Part shown: piece by piece, positions 31,446 through 44,782 of the stretch
Numbering within the stretch: position 1 is the stretch's first letter
How the letters are laid out: every line of letters starts with the position of its first letter
Assembly: GCA_001724245.1 (NCBI GenBank)
Contig: MEDX01000023.1
Location: 1 to 45,053, forward strand
DNA: 45,053 bases
Direction of reading: 5' to 3'
Source: Fonticula-like sp. SCN 57-25
Lineage: Eukaryota
Position numbers and translations under genes: made by a program
Notes under the pieces: generated by a model
Told to the model about the DNA's origin: nothing
The model's database searches: none
The model's input: the letters and a program-made list of their open reading frames with translations, nothing else

Positions 31446-33714
31446 TTATTTAGCGGCAAGGTCCGACTGCTCCTTGTCCTTGTCGACGAACGGCAGCAGC
31501 TTCTTGACCATAAAGTACGGGCGCTCGGCCGAGCCGTCGTTGCGCTCAATGTCTTCGCAGAAGCAGATGAAGATGGTGCTGATGGCCATGCCCATGACGC
31601 ACATGAAGCAGTAAGCCACACCGTACGCGAGGATCATGATGATCATCACGGGGTAGATCCAGAACGTCGGGTTCGTGGCGTAGTTGATGATCATGTAGTT
31701 GCCCGCGATGCCGGAAAGCGCAGTGATCGAGAGGCAGGCAATGAACAGCACAAAGTCGCCGACCTTGGTGACAACGGCAATGCTAAAAATAAATGTGAGC
31801 AAGCTGCTGCGGCGAAATGCAATATGCGTACCGGATGACGTTGCGCACAATGAGCGAGAACGCCTTGCGGGCGGCCTTGCAGAAAGAGTAGCCATACACA
31901 GCAATCTACAAGGCATGGTAAGCGACGCACAAGGCTACCGTGCAGGCATATACCTGGATGTACGCGTTCTTGTTGAGGAACTTGATGAAGCGCTCAAAGC
32001 ACCACATGATGCACTGCATGCACTTGACGCAGATGTTGGCGACGGCGTTGCCCGACTTGGCGGTCTGGCGCTCGAGGCGGTACAGCAGGTAGCGGATGAC
32101 CTGCACAAGCGCGAGGATCATCGAGCCGAGCGCGAGCGAGCCGAGGTGGTAGCGGAACACGCGCCAGGTGCTGCGCGCAATGATGAACCACGGGAGGCTC
32201 TGAATGATTGCGTGAGTAAAAATAAAAGGCGACGAAAAAGGCGCACCTTCTTGTCGAGCGTCCAGTACCACTGGGCGACCGAGCCAGCGACGGCAGTGTC
32301 GCCGATGGCAATGATCATGTTCCAGCCCCAGAAAAAGCCCATCAAGGCGTATATCTGCAGGTAGTTGTACAGGCTGCGAGCGAGAGTTGGTTTCCAGCAA
32401 ACAACATGCAAAAGCGTACTAGTTGCTCTGGAAGGTGTAGGCCGGGCTCGAGCCCATCTGGAAAGTGACCTCGGTGATCTCGCCGGCAGTGGAAAGATAC
32501 ACGAGGATAAAGACAAAGAAGCCACCGAGGAGACCAAGGAAGATGGACTTGACGAGCGGGTAGAACAGCAGCGACGGCATCTTGAGCACGGCGCGGCTCG
32601 CCACCTTGATGATGGCGACGGCGAGCCGGATGCGCTTGAAGAGGAAGATCAAGGTGAAGAGGAGCAGCAGAGTGATGACCGACAGGATAATGGCGCAGAC
32701 CAAGAACGTCGTCGTGTTGTAGACGTACGTGTCGAGGCCGGCAAGGGTGAACTGCCTGCCGAAAAAGTCGTAGCCATTGTACAACTGCGAGGGCAACATT
32801 AGCGTTGTCAATAACCACGCGATGTGCGTACGTTGTAATAGTTGTACCAAAAGTAGGCAGTGGCGGCAATGGATGTCGCAACGATGGCCAGGATGGTGAA
32901 CCAGACAACAACGCCGGTCAGAGCCTGAAGGGCGAGGAGCCAGATAAGCGCGCATCCAACAGCAACAAAGAAACCAGCCAGGATAATCCTCCACTCATTG
33001 TAGATATCACGGCCGAGCTGCATCGAGATGCCGTAGCTGTTGAGCACGTTGACGATTTCCTGCTTAATGTAATCGGCTGCGAGCGTCATGTTGGCAGTGG
33101 CGTTGGTGTTCACCAAGTCAGGAATGCAGCGCATAAAGACTGAAAATAATGGTAAGTAAGGGCGCGCGCGCTAACAGTGGGGGCGTACAGTCGGTACTCT
33201 CAAAGGCATACACGACGCACTGGCCGCTCAGGACGAACGCCTCGAGCTGCGTGCCGTTGGCGGGGGTGTAATCGTACGCGCAGATGGACTTGTTCAACTT
33301 GACGTCAAAGTCGGACAGGAACGTGGTGGTCTCTTCGGGGCACTTTGCAATGCAGACGCCGGAATCATTGTAGGCGATCGGGTTGAGGTAGTACAGGTAG
33401 GGCAGGTTGGTGTTGTCCCTGCCGCCCTTGTTGGTCGTGCCGCAGAGATCGCCGTTCATATCAGTGCCGTAAATAAGACGCATGGGGTCGCCCCTGTTGT
33501 ACGCAAAGCCCGCCAGGACAAACATGCCGACCCAGTAGAGGATGAAGAGGATGAGCCAAAAGACGTCGCGGCACACGCGGTTGGTCACCGGGTCCGGAGC
33601 CTAATCGGCGCCCGTTAGCGCCGCGCCAAGACGGCCACGAGATCGTACCGTCGGGCCCTTCCTCATCTCGGCCTTGGCGGCCATTTCGACCTCCTCGCTC
33701 TTGGTCTTGGCCAT
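31446..33714 (-). CDS. Choline transporter-like protein (SLC44/CTL)
   Basis: NRVCRDVFWL, GDPMRLIYGTDMNGDLCG, KRIRLAV, RYHLGSLALGS, KFLNKNAYI, TIFICFCED; multiple introns. Confidence 0.95.
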
Positions 33715-33943
33715 CTTCGCGCCCAAGTCACCGGCAGACGACCTTCGCGCGAAGAACAAACTAAAGGGACAAACAACCGACTTCCAGACAACTCACTTCC
33801 GAAAAAGCAATGTGGGGCTCACGCTGATTGGTCAAAAATGCATCTCATTGACAGGCATGTGGCAAGCCTGTGATCGCGATGCCGTTACAACTTTGAAAAA
33901 CGGTCGATTTGAACTTGTCTCGTCTTGACTCGCCGCCGCAAAC

Positions 33944-34693
33944 ATGATGCAGATGCAGCACGCCATCGATGCGCTCTTCAGCGACCTCGCGCAAAAGGCG
34001 CGCGTCGTGGAGGCCGTTACGGCCGATATCCGTGAGCGTTCTGAGCAGCGCAATGTTGAGGAGGCGAGCAAGCAGAAGCAGCTGGACGTTGTGAACCGCA
34101 TCAAGGAGGATGCCGAGGTGCTGCAGGAGCGCATCGGTGAGGTCCGCAAGTGGCCGTCCGTTCTCTTTCCCTTGAGCGAGCTTGCTATTGCTACCGACAC
34201 GATGGTGGCGAGCATGAACCGCGAGATGGCCGCCATCGAGGAGCGCCTCATGCAGTACGGCTACGTTCCGCCGGCCGCTACCGAGCCCGCTGTGAATGAC
34301 GAGAACCGCCAGCCAGAGAAGGCTGCCGAGCCGACGCCCGCGCCGAGTGTGCAGGCAAAGGAAAGCGAATCAATGCCCGATACGCCGTGCACTGGCAAGG
34401 CGGTCCAGGAGCCGACGACGCCGTCAAGCGTGCGCTCTGTCGGCGACCACCGCACTCCCACGCTGGAGGATTTCGGGATCTCGAGGGTACACCTCACGGC
34501 TCAGAAGCGCCCGACCGGGCTTGGTGTTGCTGCGCCTGTGTTTGGCAACATGGACGACTCGCTGGATGAGGTTGACGAGGATATCGACACCCTCTATATG
34601 ACCACCAAGGCGCAAATGCTGCTCTGCAGCGCACCCGTGGTCGGCGCTCTCCCGCCGCAGACGCCAGGAGCGCCCGCCTCTCTTCTCGCTTAG
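33944..34693 (+). CDS. SKA3: Spindle and kinetochore-associated protein 3-like
   Basis: N-terminal coiled coil ending IEERLMQYGYVP, followed by TPTLEDFGIS; both are SKA3 hallmarks. Confidence 0.8.
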   Translation: MMQMQHAIDALFSDLAQKARVVEAVTADIRERSEQRNVEEASKQKQLDVVNRIKEDAEVLQERIGEVRKWPSVLFPLSELAIATDTMVASMNREMAAIEERLMQYGYVPPAATEPAVNDENRQPEKAAEPTPAPSVQAKESESMPDTPCTGKAVQEPTTPSSVRSVGDHRTPTLEDFGISRVHLTAQKRPTGLGVAAPVFGNMDDSLDEVDEDIDTLYMTTKAQMLLCSAPVVGALPPQTPGAPASLLA

Positions 34694-34761
34694 TTTTTCT
34701 CGCATTTGTATAAATATATTTTTCAAACATTTCTACAGGGCCCAATGTACGGGCACATTTG

Positions 34762-36967
34762 CTAAGAAAATTGCGTCTCCTTTAGCGTCCGCGACGACGT
34801 GCTCGGACCTCGCTCTGTGGACGAGTCGATATACATGACGTTTGCCGGCGCCTGGGCTACCACCCGCTGCTGCTTGTCCACCCGTGGCCTTTCAAACCCT
34901 CTTGAGCGAGGCTGCGTGTCGCCATGATGCTGCATAAACGCTGTTGTCCGCCGCACCGGAATGTCGACCTGGCGCTCTTCGCCGTCGGTGACCGTGGCAC
35001 GGAGCACGTTGGAGCCACCCTCGTGCAGTGCAAGCGCGTCGGCCATGCTGTCTGACCATATGCAAGTGGGCGTCCCACGCTGTAGGAAATAGGCCGCGCA
35101 TTCGGCGAGCGGCATGCCCTGCGGCCCGAGCCCGAGTGAGCCGTCGACGCTGAGGTGCACCGCGTTCGACACCAAGGCGAGCACGACGCCCTGCTCCTGC
35201 TTTTCAATGACGGTGGTAATCCAGCGGCTGATCGTGCGAGCGTGCTTGTTGGCGTCCTTTGCAGCGTCGAGGGCGCGGAGCACTGTCGCGGTAATGACCA
35301 GGACGTGTTTTTTGCCGCCGCCCTGAACGATCCGCTTGCAGATGGCTAGGTTCTCAACAAGCGCCGTCGAGTCTACAACAATGTGCTCAACGCTGCGCTT
35401 GGCGCTCGCGGTGCCCTCAAGCTCGCGGACCTCGCTGCGAAGCCGCTCCGCCGCCATCGATGTCATGAGGCGCGCAGCGCGGCGCTGCTGGGCAACCTCC
35501 TGATGCCTGTGTTAGAGCAAAGAATACTGCAGAAAGAGCGTACTGGGCTGGTCACGCGCCATTCGCGGTCCTGCAAGTGAATAGCCGACACGCGCTCAGC
35601 GGCAAGAACATATGCGCAAAGACGCAGTGTGCGCGCGCGCTCGGCCTGCGCCGCCTCTGGCGATGTTGACGGTACACATAAGACACGCCAATCTTCTGAA
35701 GGCACGAGCGTGGCGACGGCCGACCCGCAGCGCTGCTTCATGAAGGGATCGAGTAGTGCGAGACCGCTGAAAAGAGCGTCCTCGTCGCACCATAATGGTA
35801 CATGAGCGGCATCTTCAGCTGGAAGAGCATTCAAAACGTCGCAAAAGGCGGGGTAAAAAGCCTGCGCACACAATTAAAACACGAACAATCGACAACGAGC
35901 GCCGTACCTGTGCGCCTGGGCATGTGCGGCGCTCACCGGCAATGTCGCGCGGCGCGTCTGTGTAAGAGTCCACAGCAACAGCAAGCGCCGACATTAGCAC
36001 AGACAGCGCTGGCAGTACAGCCTCTGCATTGGATGAGTATACTGCGGCCAGTGTCGTGGCGGTTCTCATGAAGGCATCGGCAAATGCTGGTGTCGCTTTG
36101 GAGTCACAAAAGGCCGCGAGAACAGCCGCCACAAGCGCAAGGGCATCAACTCCCATAAATGGAGCAGGAAGCGGACACGCAAGAAGAAGCGAAAACGCGT
36201 CCATTCTCCCGTCGTGATTGGTGCCTTCGCCACCGAGTGACCTGTACAAACGGGATAAGGAAATGTGCCAAGACGATCCCGACGACTCGGTCAAGCTGGC
36301 GAGCTGCTCCGCCAAGCTGGCAGAGGCCGTGTGCTTGTCACTAAAAAGAACACTGGGCCTATGTCAGTAAAGAACAACAGACTAGGTCACTCGCACCTTA
36401 AAGAGAGGTGCAGCACGGCCAGGGAGGCTTCCTCGCGACGCACGGCGGCGTTGGCAAGATGCAGGTGCGCTCGCGCAGGCGAAACAAATGGAACCATTAG
36501 CGAGGACGCTATTAAGCGCATGAAAAGTTTGGAATTGTCGCCGTTTACGTAGCGCTCGAGATCGCTCAGGCGCATTAGAGACTCCTGCAGCTGGACAGCC
36601 GCGACAGCTGGCGAATCGGGGCCATTTGACAAGGTGCGCGGGAGTGCGGCAAACTGGTGCTCGACGGCGGATACTGAACTCAGTGCCAAAAGAGTATAAA
36701 AGCCATGTGCCTCTTGCGCCGCTTCAGCGCTCTTCTTGGCAAGCGGGTAGTAGCACTGCTTCCAGAGCTTCGACAAGCGGTCAGTCATCGCGCCCACCGA
36801 AGCGGCCTTTGCAATCTCGTCGCTCAGTGTATCTCGAATTCTGGGCAAATTCGTTAGAAACAAGTTCAAACAGAGACGTATTGTTCGTACTGCGCCCGCA
36901 ACAGCTCGATGGCCTCTGTGTCGAGGGGTGATGCCGACATGAGCTGCCGCAGCTGGCGCTCTGCCAT
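34762..36967 (-). CDS. SMG5: SMG5-like nonsense-mediated decay factor (Est1/TPR plus degenerate PIN domain)
   Basis: LWKQCYYP, LMRLSDLERY, RRAARLMTSMAAERLRSEVRELEG (SMG5-like helix), PIN HIVVDSTAL...VLRALDAAK...ARTISRWI; four introns. Confidence 0.75.
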
Positions 36968-37084
36968 GTTGTCACCGTCCAATGCAAACTGCAATCTGAT
37001 CAGGGGTTGGCATTTGGCCGGGTTATGGGTCTCACATTGGCAACAACACTATGCAATGGAAAGGTATTATTGTACATGCGCTAG

Positions 37085-40000
37085 TTATACAAAGGTTGCC
37101 CTGAGGGACACAATCTGGAAGGGCTTGAAGGAGATCGGGGCACTACGGTTGCCCTCAAATGCAATGGCATCTCCCGCATCCTCCAAAATATTACACAGCA
37201 CGAGCGACTTGAGCGACCACGCAAACTCGAACGAGACACTGTCGCGCCCCCCGTACGCTTCGTACGCACGCACAATAACTGCGCTGCTGTCCTCTGACTG
37301 CTTGAGCGTCTCAACGAGCACATACTCTGATTGGTGAACGCCATGCGCGCGGACCCAGGGCGCAGCCGTGCGAATGGCGGCAAAGTCAATGAGCGGCGCG
37401 TTAAAGTCGGCCGCGCGCTGCACCACGCGCCCCTGCGCAAGCGTCCCACTAAACGTGCCGAGCGCGTATCTGAACGTGTGCCTGCCCATGTCGCACGTGT
37501 CGTCTGGCGCCTTTGGCGAGCGCAGGAGCGATAGCCCCATGTCGGCCCCGCGGCAGCTGTAGCCGTGCTTGGAGTCATTGAAGAGCACCACGCCGAAATT
37601 GTCTTCAGACAGAGCGGCAAAGCGCTGTGCGCACACTTCAAACTTTGCCATGTCCCATGACGTGTTGGCGTGCGTCGGGCGCTTGACGAGGCCCCACTGC
37701 GTCTCGTATACGGCGTCGGTCGCGCCAATGATGTCAACCGGAAAGTGCGTCTTTAGCATCGTGCGGTTATCATGCCAGTCGACCGATGAAGAAAAGGCAA
37801 CTTGGCGAGCATCGCATTCCAGAGAAATTTCTTGTTCCCACGTAGAGTGGTCCGACAGCTTGCCTGACACGCGGACGCACGCACGCAGTGGACCAGAAGA
37901 CAGGAGCTCAATGGTCGGGAGACACTCACGCAGCGGGGAACGATGCGACTCGCTGTGGTACACTTCGACATCCCACGCGTCCCAAAAAAGCGGCACATCC
38001 GAGTACATGCGGAGCTCATTGCCCGGGCTTTTCAACACCTCCCTGCCGCCGTCGAGCTTGTCGATCAGCGACGAAAGCTCGCCGCTCGCGTTGATGGTCG
38101 CGCGCAGATAGGCATTCTCGAGAACCACTTGGCCGTCGGAAGCAGTACTGGCCGAGACGGGCTCGCTGGGCGACGTCCGCGCCGACACTGGCACTGCGCT
38201 ATAGGGAGGCAGGGTGTCGAGGTAAACTAGCACACCGCCTTCAAAGGCCTGGGTGGTGCCGGTCGACCCAGCAGCAGCCTCCTCTGGCACGAGGATGACC
38301 GACGCGTCCCTGCGTGTCCCGAGCATGTTGAGCGCCGCCAGCGAAGTGTCCTTGCTCGATAGCGCTTTGGTCGCATCCTGCATGACGCTCGCCGCGGCGT
38401 AGCCAGCGTCGTCGTACAGGCGCATGACGTCCTCGTAGACAGACGCGATCGACGTCCCCGGGATGACGTCATGGAACTGGTTCAGCAACAGTGACTTGTA
38501 CGCGTCGCGCAGCGCATCAGCAGGGTACGGGAGCTGTGCCGAGAGCAGCGCTGCGACAGAGAGCGCCTCGGCGAAGCGGAGCCGCACCTGCAGCTTGCGG
38601 TTTCGGAGCTTTGTCAGCGCCTGGCTCGTGTACGTGCCGCGGTGGAGCTCGAGGTAGAGCTCGCCGGACCACGTGAGCAGCCGGTCGCGCGACTTGGCAA
38701 ACGTGTCAAAGGCCTCGACAGGGTCGGCAAAGCGCGCGACAGCGAGGCCCTGAAGGGAAGAAGAAAGGCGCACGCGCTCGATGTGGTCGGCAGTGGGGCC
38801 GCCGCCGCCGTCGCCAAAGCCAACCAGGTGAAGCGCGTCCGCGCAGCGCTCCTTGTCGCGGTGGTTCTTGGTAATGTCGCACAATTCCTCGACAGTAGCG
38901 CGGCCATTGTACGTGTTGCCAGGGGGAAAGTGGACGAGCACATCGGATCCGTCCAGGCCCTGCCACAAAAATGTGGTGTGGGGAAACTTGTTGATCAGAT
39001 TCCACGACAGTTTCTGCGTGAGGAAATAATCCATGCCGGCTTGCTTCATGAGCTGCGGAAGCTGCGATGCATATCCGAATGTGTCGGGAAGCCAGAAAAT
39101 ACTGAGCAAGGTCAGCAAGGGTAGAGCGAATCAAAAGGCCATACCGTGACCGCGTGCCAAACATTTCCTGCATATAACCTTGTCCGTACAAAAACTGCCT
39201 CACTAGTGACTCGCCGTCGGGAATATTACAATCCTTCAAAGGCGTGAGTGAAATGTATCGCTAGCGACGTGATCGTACCATCTCCACCCAGGTTCCGCCG
39301 ATAGGGATAAACTGCCCGGCTGCCACTTTTTCCTGAATGCGTGCAAAGAGCGCCGGGTAATCCTGGCGCACCCTAAATTGATGGTTAATACAAAAATTAT
39401 GCATGTATCTGCGTACCATTCAAACTGCTGCATCTGGGAGCAGGCAAACTTGTACTCGGGGTAGCGGTCCATCAGGGCGATCTGGGACGCCCACGACCGG
39501 GCACACTTGCGGCGAGTCTCGGCATACGGCCAGAGCCACGCCGTATCAATGTGGCAATGACCCACAATAAATGCAGAATTGAGCGGCGAGCTATTGCTCA
39601 GCGCTTGCACCGCATGCTCGGCCAGCTCGATGCATCGGTCGATCGACGCGTCATCGCGACGATACGCGTTTACAATGTCGTTTGCAGATGTAAGCGCGCG
39701 CGCGGCTGCAACGCTGTCTGGCGGAAGAGATGCTGCCATGCCGCTGAGAAGCTCAAAGTACCGCCATAGTTTGCGACCCTGCGCGTGGGGGGCGAGTATG
39801 CGTGCCGAGGCGAGTCTGAACGTGCGGTTGGGGTCAGGCGGGTTGATCATGCCGGCGTTGCCAACACCAAATAGGCCGTTGCAGGACATTTCAATGTATA
39901 CGGTCGTGGAATGCGCCAGTAAGAGCTCGAGCGGGACCTCGACGCGGCGATCGTCCCCGTCGCCCCCTGTCAGCCCCTGGATTGGGGTCCCGGCGGCATC

Positions 40001-40333
40001 ATAGACCAGTGCCTCGGCAGAGCAATCCCACTCGAGCATCAAACCAGAGACGTCTGTAAACTCGGCTGGCAGCTGAACTTTAACCACAAACCAATGCGTC
40101 GACCACGACGGGCCGAACGAGTCGCCAACGGCGCACGGCTGAAAGGCGGCGTCGCTCTTGTCCACATCCGCAAACAGAGGGCGGCCCTGAACGTGCTGGA
40201 CGCCGAGCTCGAGTACAGAGTCGGGTAGGACGCGCTCGACAAGCTTGCTTCGAAGGTTTATGTCCGCAAAGTAGATCGGCGACACGAACTTTTCGAACCG
40301 CTCGAGCGTCACCGCCCTGTGCTTCTGCATCAT
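37085..40333 (-). CDS. MAN2C1: Cytosolic/vacuolar alpha-mannosidase, GH38 (Ams1/MAN2C1)
   Basis: [55 protein letters not shown]. Confidence 0.97.
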
Positions 40334-40378
40334 CGTCGTTTACAGCAGCCAAGGTCAGTTTGCACGTCAGATTGCATT

Positions 40379-40390
40379 TTTGGCGCCAAA
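40379..40390. promoter_or_regulatory. Palindromic E2F-type site upstream of CTF8
   Basis: TTTGGCGCCAAA ends 6 bp before ATG 40397. Confidence 0.55.
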
Positions 40391-40396
40391 CTCGCG

Positions 40397-40771
40397 ATGG
40401 TGCAGGTTCCGGTTCGTGTTGCGGCCGGCGCCGACGCTCGTGGGCAATGGGCGCTGCTCGACCTGCAAGGGGCCGTGGAGTCGAACGTTGACGACCTGAG
40501 AAATGTAGAGCTCGGCGAGATCACGTTTGCTGAAAACGGTACTGCGGTAATGGTTGTCGGGCGGCAGCGGCTGGAGGGCAAGCGAACTCCCCTAAAGGTC
40601 CCGCTGGCTGTTCTCGAGAGGCAAAGCGACGAGCATGGGACCTCGTACTCTGTCGTTCACCTTTTGAAGGAGAAGGTCGTGTTTCGTTTGCGCCCTCAGC
40701 CTGTCATCTCGGAGGATCTCAAGGGCAAGAGCACGCGTACGCGGATCCCGGAAGTTTTGGACGTTTGCTAA
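40397..40771 (+). CDS. CHTF8: Chromosome transmission fidelity protein 8
   Basis: MVQVPV...WALLDLQG...VGRQRLEGK...LKVPLAVL...KVVFRLRPQPVI. Confidence 0.93.
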   Translation: MVQVPVRVAAGADARGQWALLDLQGAVESNVDDLRNVELGEITFAENGTAVMVVGRQRLEGKRTPLKVPLAVLERQSDEHGTSYSVVHLLKEKVVFRLRPQPVISEDLKGKSTRTRIPEVLDVC

Positions 40772-41033
40772 CTTTTTGCAGTCCGGTAACCAGGAATACA
40801 TATATTGTCTTGGTACTACACGTGGTGTCAAGCAAGCGGGTGTAGCCAGGTGCTTTGTTAATGTTCCAGTTTGGCGAGGTTGCATCGGGATGGTAATGCC
40901 GTGTTGACTTTTTTGTATCATATAGTTGGCCGCGCGTGTGTTTACGTGCGCGTGTCTGTGTAGAACTAATATCAGTATTACAAAAACAACGCAGTTTACA
41001 TTAGTTTATTAAAGGGAATGCTATAATGACTTG

Positions 41034-41525
41034 TTAGGCGTCCAGAGCAAGAACGGCCTTGGCAATGCGAGTGAAGGTTCCGCGCTGCTCTGCACTGGCC
41101 TCTGCCGCAGAAGGTGCGTGAACGCAACCTTCCGGGGCGAGGTTAACCCACGTACGCGAACCGTCCGACACCGAGATGGTCATGTCGCTGCGATAAATGT
41201 CCTCGGAACCCGGCGGATCCTCGACCGGGAGACCCCAGATCTCACTCAAGGCTCTTGAAACAGCAAAGCAAGTTAGTTACTATCAGTACTGTTAAACCCG
41301 TTAAAAGGCGCACTGCTTCAGCTCCGACACCCTGGCCTCGTCCACCTGAACCGTCTTGGTTTCATAGTCGGCATCCGTCGGATGGAACGTCTTCTTGGTC
41401 AGTCGCTTGACCGTCGCCGAACCAGATCCCGACTCTGGCAGTGTGAGGTTGATCTGCAACTTGAGCGCAGCTGGCGCGAACCCGCCCACGACGCCCTTGC
41501 GAAGCTCAACCGTAAGCGCCCCCAT
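41034..41525 (-). CDS. Hypothetical soluble protein (143 aa) with GGFAP and PPGSEDIY motifs
   Basis: Two exons joined in frame by intron 41254-41313. Confidence 0.75.
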
Positions 41526-41679
41526 GACGATCGCGACAATGTTGTGACCAAAATGAGGATGACGTCAAACGGTTTGAGGGTTTCCCTCGATACATTCGAG
41601 GGTGCCAAAAAGTGGACCCCCCGCTGAACTGCTTGCAAATCCTCGCCAGATTGCACTGTAATCGCTTGACAGGGTCGAG

Positions 41680-42918
<1,239 letters not shown>

Positions 42919-43120
42919 CCTATAATGGCTCTAGTCAATACCAATTTAGCATTATGATATGCCGTAGTACGATCAACGGGATCCTTGATGACGGCTGTCA
43001 AACAGACCAGATGTTGCCGAACAATCCTGGAACAATCAAAGACGTAAAGATGACACACCATTACCAAGATTTCGTGTATTCTTTTTTTCTCACGACACCA
43101 ACCGGACCTGAACCGGCGTC

Positions 43121-44782
43121 ATGCTGCGAGCGGGAGGGAATGCTGTGAGCCGTGTTGCCACGGCAATTCCTGCCATGCGCGCGGCTGTTACGCTTGTGCC
43201 GCGTAGGCTTGTGAGGTACGGCCTACCGTTTGTTTCTGGCTAATTTTAACGGTTTCCGCAGCCGTTCGCTCGTAACCGTGCCCATCGCAGCCCGCCCCCT
43301 TGCCACGCCCGCGTCCCTCGTGTCGCCCGCGCGCCGCTTTTATGCCAAATGTACATCTCTGGTCTCGTTTTCCTTTTTATTTACGTTTGAGTAGCGTACC
43401 CGAAGCACATGCGCTTGCCGATGCCCGCCCTTTCTCCCACCATGACGGCGGGAAACATTGCGACGTGGGGCAAAAAGGAGGGTGACGAGATCAACCCTGG
43501 CGATGTCTTGGTGCAGATTGAGACCGACAAGGCGACAATGGACTTTGAAAGTACGGACGAAGGCTTCCTCGCCAAGATTCTGGTTCCGAATGGAACCAAG
43601 GATGTGCAAGTGAACGAGGTACGCCCATGGCCTTTTTTACGACTCTTCTGACGATGGCCCACAGCCGCTCGCCATCATCGTTGAGAACCGCGAGGACATC
43701 GCTGCCTTTAGCGAATACTCTCTTGGTGACGAGCCGGCCGCAGCGGCGCCCGCTGCCAGCACCCAGGTCAGCGTGGCCAAGCCGGAGGCCAGCCCTGTGG
43801 AAACGCGCGCTTCGCAGCCCGCGCCGGCCCGCTCTGCCCCTGCTGCGGGCGATCGCATCATTGCCAGCCCGCTTGCCAAGATGATTGCTGCTGAGCGCAA
43901 TGTTTCTCTTTCTGGTGTGACAGGGACAGGGCCCGGTGGCCGCATTGTAAAGCAGGACGTTGTTAGCTACCAGCCGCAGGCTGCGGCCGCTCCTGCCGCT
44001 GCGACCGCGCCGCTTTCCGCGCCGGCTACTGCCGCCACGGGTGACTTTATTGAAGTGCCGACGTCTCGAGTTCGCCAAATTATTGCCGCACGCCTGACGG
44101 AATCAAAACAGACCATTCCCCACTACTACCTCACTGCGGACCTTCGCATGGACAAGCTGATGGAGCTGCGCGCTGCGCTTAACAACACGCTTTCCGAAAA
44201 GGAGGGCAAGATTTCGGTGAACGACTTTGTCATCAAGGCGTCTTCGCTCGCGTTGCTTCGCGTGCCCGAAGTAAATAGCTCGTGGGGCAAGGACTCGATT
44301 CGTCAGTACACGCACGCCGACATCGCCGTCGCCGTTGCCACTCCCTCTGGTCTCATTACGCCGATCGTGCAGCGCGCTGATACGCGCGGCTTGCTATCCA
44401 TTTCGCGGTCTGTGCGCGACATGTCGGCGCGCGCCAAGGAGAACAAGCTTGCCCCTCACGAGTATCAGGTACGCGTGATGTGTTTTTTTTTTATTTGTTG
44501 CTAATGTGATTATAGGGAGGAAGCTTTAGCATTTCCAACCTTGGCATGTTTGGCATGAAGCAGTTTGCTGCCATTATCAACCCGCCGCATGCCGCCATCT
44601 TGGCTGTTGGCGCCATCGAGCCGCGCGTCGTCCCCGACGAGGATGGCGTCACGCCCGTTGTCCGCAACATGATGTCAGTCACTCTGAGCTGCGACCACCG
44701 CGTTGTGGACGGCGCGGTCGGCGCGCAGTGGGTGCGCCAGTTCAAGAGCTTCATCGAGGAGCCCAATACTATGCTTTTGTAA
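43121..44782 (+). CDS. DLAT: Pyruvate dehydrogenase E2 (dihydrolipoamide acetyltransferase), mitochondrial
   Basis: Presequence, one lipoyl domain (MPALSPTM...ETDKAT), E3-binding ASPLAK...GTGPGGRI, catalytic CDHRVVDG; four introns. Confidence 0.97.
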
